IMG/VR virus record: IMGVR_UViG_3300020042_005214
Span: 1 to 30,348 of that record
Reading direction: 5' to 3' (one strand)
Source: a virus
Lineage: Duplodnaviria; Caudoviricetes
Length of the DNA: 30,348 bases
Positions within the stretch are counted from its first letter, which is position 1, and each line of letters opens with the position of its first letter. A program made the translations under genes and the position numbers. Under the pieces are notes generated by a model. The model saw nothing but the letters and a program-made list of their open reading frames with translations, was not told the origin of the DNA and did not search any database. Below, in pieces: positions 26,497 through 30,348 of this stretch.

Positions 26497-27312
26497 ATGG
26501 GATTAGTAAGAGGCGAAGATGTAATACTTAGTGCTTTAATATCTCAAGAAGGCACAGTTGTGCCTGTGCCATTTGGTTGCGCTAGATCAGTGACGTTTGA
26601 CATCTCTACAGATTTTATAGAAACATCAGGCATTGATTCCGGTAACTTTAAAACATTCTTACCATCCGGCAAACAATTTAGCGGTAATATTGAAGGTTTA
26701 GTATTTTTAGATAAGCCTGTAATTCTTGAAACAAGAGCAACAACAACTTTAGATTTAACGGCTATAGCTGATAGTGGAATTTTTCCAACAAGTGGTAATT
26801 TGTTTTGTTTAATAAGAGCTTTTGAGCCTAGTTTTTGGGTTAATTTATTTTTTACTACAACAGGTACATTTGCAAATTTTACTGATTTTATAACTTTTAT
26901 GAATAATGGCATTAATGCAGGTGTTACAGGTTATACATCAGTAATTAGTGGCAATAGTTTAATTATAACTGCAAGACCAGGTCTAGGAGATAATATAAAT
27001 GGTAATGCTTGTCAATGTAGTTGGTCACTTGCTGGTGTACCACAATCAGATATAAATAATGATTTTACAGGTGGTATTGACGGTTACAATCCATCTAAAA
27101 TAAGCTTAGGATCGATGTACGATAAAATTATAAGTGGCGAAAAGATATTTTTAAAATATTACGAGACTGATGATGCTAATCATTATTTACAGAAGCTTTG
27201 TGAGGTTTACATAGAGTCAATTAACGAGACTGCGTCATTCGATAATATGGTTACATTTACAGCAACATTTAAGGGCAATGGAGGACCAACTATAACTTAT
27301 GGACAAATATAA
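26497..27312 (+). CDS. Tail-tube-fold minor tail protein with internal insertion
   Basis: VRGEDVIL..GCARSVTFDISTDFIETS..F..FLP and YIESINETASFDNMVTFTATFKGNG. Confidence 0.65.
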   Translation: MGLVRGEDVILSALISQEGTVVPVPFGCARSVTFDISTDFIETSGIDSGNFKTFLPSGKQFSGNIEGLVFLDKPVILETRATTTLDLTAIADSGIFPTSGNLFCLIRAFEPSFWVNLFFTTTGTFANFTDFITFMNNGINAGVTGYTSVISGNSLIITARPGLGDNINGNACQCSWSLAGVPQSDINNDFTGGIDGYNPSKISLGSMYDKIISGEKIFLKYYETDDANHYLQKLCEVYIESINETASFDNMVTFTATFKGNGGPTITYGQI

Positions 27313-29245
27313 ATACATACTAACGGCAATTATTACACTATGTGCAATTACTACTTTTGCTCAACCAGCACAGTATACACCAATGACAGCTGCTGGCTAT
27401 CAGATGAAGAGGCTAAAAGTAGACTCGACATTACATCTACCGAGTTTTTGTGGTACTCCAACTATTCGTGGTAGTGTAGCAAAAGAGGGCGCATTGGCAA
27501 TAGATACCTGTGGTGCGTTTTTATACATGTATACAAGAGCAGCAGGATGGGACACGGTCAACACTTCAGGCGGTGGTGGATCATCAACAGACACAACATC
27601 TCTTAGCAACAGAATTAACAAAAAAATTGATTCATTAAGGCGTAGTAACGATAGTGTTTATGCTTTTATAAATGGGACTAAAGTTTTTCAATTTATAGAT
27701 AGTGTTGGTGGTGAATCAATAGACACTACAAATCAATTTGTAAAACGACTAACAAGGACACCTGGAGTTGATTCTATAATTTACTTTGTTGGTGCTAATA
27801 GTTTTGCAATAAAAGATAGTATTGGGGTTGCTGGTAGTGGTACACAAAATTTTGTTCCTAAATGGTCAAATACTACAACACTTGAAAATTCACAAATCTT
27901 TGACAGTGTAAATGTTGGAATAAACACAACTACACCAGCGTACAAGTTAGATGTTAATGGAGAAATTAATACAAATCAAGGAATTAGAATAGGTAATAAT
28001 AATGCTAAAACTGGATTTTACGGAGGCAGTAATATTATAGATTTTTTTGCTGGCAATAATAAATTATCTACATGGGGTTTAGCACCAGTAGGAGGTAGTT
28101 ATTTTGATAATTTTCCTACATTTACTTATAACACAGGAGATGTTGGAATTACTAATATTATAAAAATTAGAGGTAATGCAGTATCTAATAGTTCTAATAA
28201 TGCTGGAGTTACTCAATTAGATATTTCACCAACATACACACAACAAACATTTGGCACAGGCATATTAAGAGGCATTTATTATAATCCATCATTAGGTAGC
28301 GGTGGAATTAATACATCAAAACATATTGCATTTGAAAGCGCATCTGGAAATGTAGTTATGAAGGGTTTAAAAACATCTTCTTCAACAACAGATAGTATAG
28401 CCATTTGGATTAATGACACTTTGAGCAAAGCGCCTTACCCATCAGGAGGTGGCAATTTTTTGCCATTAACAGGTGGCACATTAACAGGTAATCTTAATGG
28501 CACTACTGCAACTTTCTCAAGCAACGGAAGTTCAAACACTTTTGATATTAATCATACTTCGGGAAGTGGTCATGGTTTAGAAATTACAAAAGCTGGGAGT
28601 GGAGAAGGATTAATAGTAAATAAAACTTCAGGTAGTGGGAATGCAGTAACAATAACTGGAACATTTAACGCAACTACAATTGTAAAAAATGGAGGCACTT
28701 CATCACAATTTTTAAAAGCTGATGGTAGTGTTGATGCTACAACGTATGTAAGTGATACAACAGCATTACAGCGCAAATCAATTCCAGCTTATTCAATTTT
28801 AGCTAACAATACAAATGCAGCTGCAAATGTAACAGCTCAGCAATTTAGAGATACATCAGGAGCTTATACAGGTACTATAACGTGGAATGGAGTAGCTCCA
28901 ACAAGCGGAAATTTTTCATATAGATTTACACGAATAGGCAAAATGGTTACTATAAACATTTCACTTATTTACGCAGTTGCGGGTTCAGCAAATTCTACAT
29001 TAATAGTTACTTTGCCTACAGATGCGCCAACACCAACAAAGCCTGCAGGTTTAACAAGTGCTTCAAATCTATTGTATCCATGCTACGGTAACGTAAACGG
29101 TACGGGTTCAACTACATTAACATCTAGTGCATTTCGTGGAGCATTAAGAAGTAATTCAGCTAACACAGGATTTGAATTTTTTATTGGCTATACTCTTACA
29201 ACTCCAATAAATGCAAACTTTACATGTACATATTTTACTGATTAA
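27299..29245 (+). CDS. Tail fibre/receptor-binding-like protein with signal-peptide-like N-terminus
   Basis: Thr/Gly/Ser-rich; NVGINTTTPAYKLDVNG, FLPLTGGTLTG, GGTSSQFLKADGS, YRFTRIGKMVTI. Confidence 0.75.
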   Translation: MDKYKYILTAIITLCAITTFAQPAQYTPMTAAGYQMKRLKVDSTLHLPSFCGTPTIRGSVAKEGALAIDTCGAFLYMYTRAAGWDTVNTSGGGGSSTDTTSLSNRINKKIDSLRRSNDSVYAFINGTKVFQFIDSVGGESIDTTNQFVKRLTRTPGVDSIIYFVGANSFAIKDSIGVAGSGTQNFVPKWSNTTTLENSQIFDSVNVGINTTTPAYKLDVNGEINTNQGIRIGNNNAKTGFYGGSNIIDFFAGNNKLSTWGLAPVGGSYFDNFPTFTYNTGDVGITNIIKIRGNAVSNSSNNAGVTQLDISPTYTQQTFGTGILRGIYYNPSLGSGGINTSKHIAFESASGNVVMKGLKTSSSTTDSIAIWINDTLSKAPYPSGGGNFLPLTGGTLTGNLNGTTATFSSNGSSNTFDINHTSGSGHGLEITKAGSGEGLIVNKTSGSGNAVTITGTFNATTIVKNGGTSSQFLKADGSVDATTYVSDTTALQRKSIPAYSILANNTNAAANVTAQQFRDTSGAYTGTITWNGVAPTSGNFSYRFTRIGKMVTINISLIYAVAGSANSTLIVTLPTDAPTPTKPAGLTSASNLLYPCYGNVNGTGSTTLTSSAFRGALRSNSANTGFEFFIGYTLTTPINANFTCTYFTD

Positions 29246-29247
29246 TT

Positions 29248-29457
29248 ATGAAACATATAAGACAAATAAATAGTGTTAATACCAACACATACACAATAGT
29301 AGATTTAAGCAATTATACAGGTGTGATTGAAGAACATCCAATATTTGAAGCTATAGTAGATACTTTTGAAATAGCTGAAAATCAACTCCCTGATTTTGTG
29401 CAATATGTAAGTTTTGAAATTAATGAATTAAATACAATTATAACAAATAGAAAGTAA
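29248..29457 (+). CDS. Hypothetical protein (possible fibre chaperone)
   Basis: 69-aa acidic ORF immediately after the fibre gene. Confidence 0.55.
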   Translation: MKHIRQINSVNTNTYTIVDLSNYTGVIEEHPIFEAIVDTFEIAENQLPDFVQYVSFEINELNTIITNRK

Positions 29458-29606
29458 TGAATCAATATAATCCACCATTAACGGCTATAAGCGGAATTTG
29501 TGCAGTTATATCTATTTCAGATATTCAACCAGTGCTAACATTTGTTGCATCTTTAATTGCCATTATAAGTGGCGTATATTCTATTTATAAAAAATCAAAA
29601 AAATAA
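29457..29606 (+). CDS. Small holin-like membrane protein, 49 aa
   Basis: Read manually: MNQYNPPLTAISGICAVISISDIQPVLTFVASLIAIISGVYSIYKKSKK; TAATG coupling; basic tail. Confidence 0.6.
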   Translation: MNQYNPPLTAISGICAVISISDIQPVLTFVASLIAIISGVYSIYKKSKK

Positions 29607-29609
29607 ATT

Positions 29610-29837
29610 ATGAACAGTCCAATTTTTACACTTAATTCAAGCGACTTTTTAAAAGGTTTAATTATGGCAGTTTTATCAACCGTTATTACAGTAGTGTATC
29701 AAACAGTTGAAGCTGGAAGTTTAGTATTTGATTGGAAAGCAATAGGCACTATGGCACTTACTACAGCACTTGCTTACATCATGAAAAATTTATTTACCAA
29801 TTCAACAGGTAAATTATTTGCAAAAGAGCAAAACTGA
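29610..29837 (+). CDS. Holin-like two-TM protein
   Basis: DFLKGLIMAVL...FDWKAIG..AL...LAYIMKNLFTNS. Confidence 0.7.
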   Translation: MNSPIFTLNSSDFLKGLIMAVLSTVITVVYQTVEAGSLVFDWKAIGTMALTTALAYIMKNLFTNSTGKLFAKEQN

Positions 29838-30348
29838 TATTGCGTTTGAATATCGTAAAAGGTTTCCAGATATGCCGACGCTAAAATTAGCGCGGATAAT
29901 GTATGCGGAAAACAATTTGCTTTTTAACAATGTAGAAGTATGCAGAACAAAGTTAAGATACATTGAAGGGAAAAGCGGGAAACGTAATTTAAATTGGTTA
30001 AAAAATAAAGATTTAGTTATGAAAGAATCACGTCCTTTAAACCCGTACAATTTACCTGAATCTTATGAAGAACAACGAGAACCTTATATTTTGCCTGTAT
30101 GCTGTAACAATATTTTGCTTATATCTGACTTGCATATTCCTTATCATAACATTGACGCAATAACAATAGCTTTGGATTATGGCAAAAAAGAAAAAGTAAA
30201 TACTATTTTTATCAATGGCGATTTGATTGATTGCCACGCTGTTTCAAAGTTTGAAAGCAATCCAAAGAAACGAAGTATAAAAGAGGAATTTGATGCGACA
30301 AAAGAGTTTTTAGTTCAATTACGTAAAGCATTTCCAAAAGCGTTAATC
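29818..30348 (+). CDS. Calcineurin-like metallophosphoesterase, native N-terminal part (truncated at window end)
   Basis: Read manually from TTG: MQKSKTDIAFEYRKRFPDMPTLKLARIMYAEN...ILLISDLHIPYH...NGDLID; absent from the ORF track because it has no stop. Confidence 0.85.
   Translation, partial: MQKSKTDIAFEYRKRFPDMPTLKLARIMYAENNLLFNNVEVCRTKLRYIEGKSGKRNLNWLKNKDLVMKESRPLNPYNLPESYEEQREPYILPVCCNNILLISDLHIPYHNIDAITIALDYGKKEKVNTIFINGDLIDCHAVSKFESNPKKRSIKEEFDATKEFLVQLRKAFPKALI
30124..30348 (+). repeat. Diverged direct repeat, copy 2 (paired with 1543-1767)
   Basis: Same 75-codon gap-free alignment as copy 1. Confidence 0.9.

Noticed and set aside
2346-30237. Minus-strand ORFs in the AT-rich genome, such as 15251-15760 and 9286-9636
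   Set aside because: All are antisense to well-supported genes and lack recognisable motifs
1543-30348. The diverged repeat pair as a diversity-generating retroelement TR/VR
   Set aside because: Differences are mostly synonymous and not adenine-specific, and no reverse transcriptase is present
1545-30348. Stop-codon reassignment
   Set aside because: Core genes are full length and tightly packed under the standard code, and TAA, TAG and TGA all terminate genes

Overview
Two unrelated phage sequences appear to be joined in this window. Positions ~1545-30348 form an apparently complete, AT-rich, circularly permuted siphovirus genome of about 28.6 kb with all genes on the + strand: lysis, early regulators, replication (exonuclease, SSB-like, SF2 helicase, C5 methyltransferase, VRR-NUC, prim-pol/helicase, iteron-rich origin), packaging, HK97-type head, non-contractile tail, then holins. 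A consensus TTTG-N20-TAnnTTTG promoter and an SprB-like repeat protein point to a Bacteroidota host. I saw no integrase or repressor. Positions 1-~1545 are GC-rich, come from a different phage with a sigma70-type promoter, contain an internal inversion near 1300, and are fused in frame to the AT-rich genome inside a homologous metallophosphoesterase gene; this is probably a chimera. The most interesting features are a C5 methyltransferase whose motif IX lies in a nested 254-aa alternative-frame ORF, a non-canonical tRNA-like cloverleaf in the head operon, a candidate unimolecular spanin, a secreted mini-SprB protein, and a diverged 225-nt terminal gene duplication with three serine codon-family switches. 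All calls come from reading the sequence by eye; no database searches were run.
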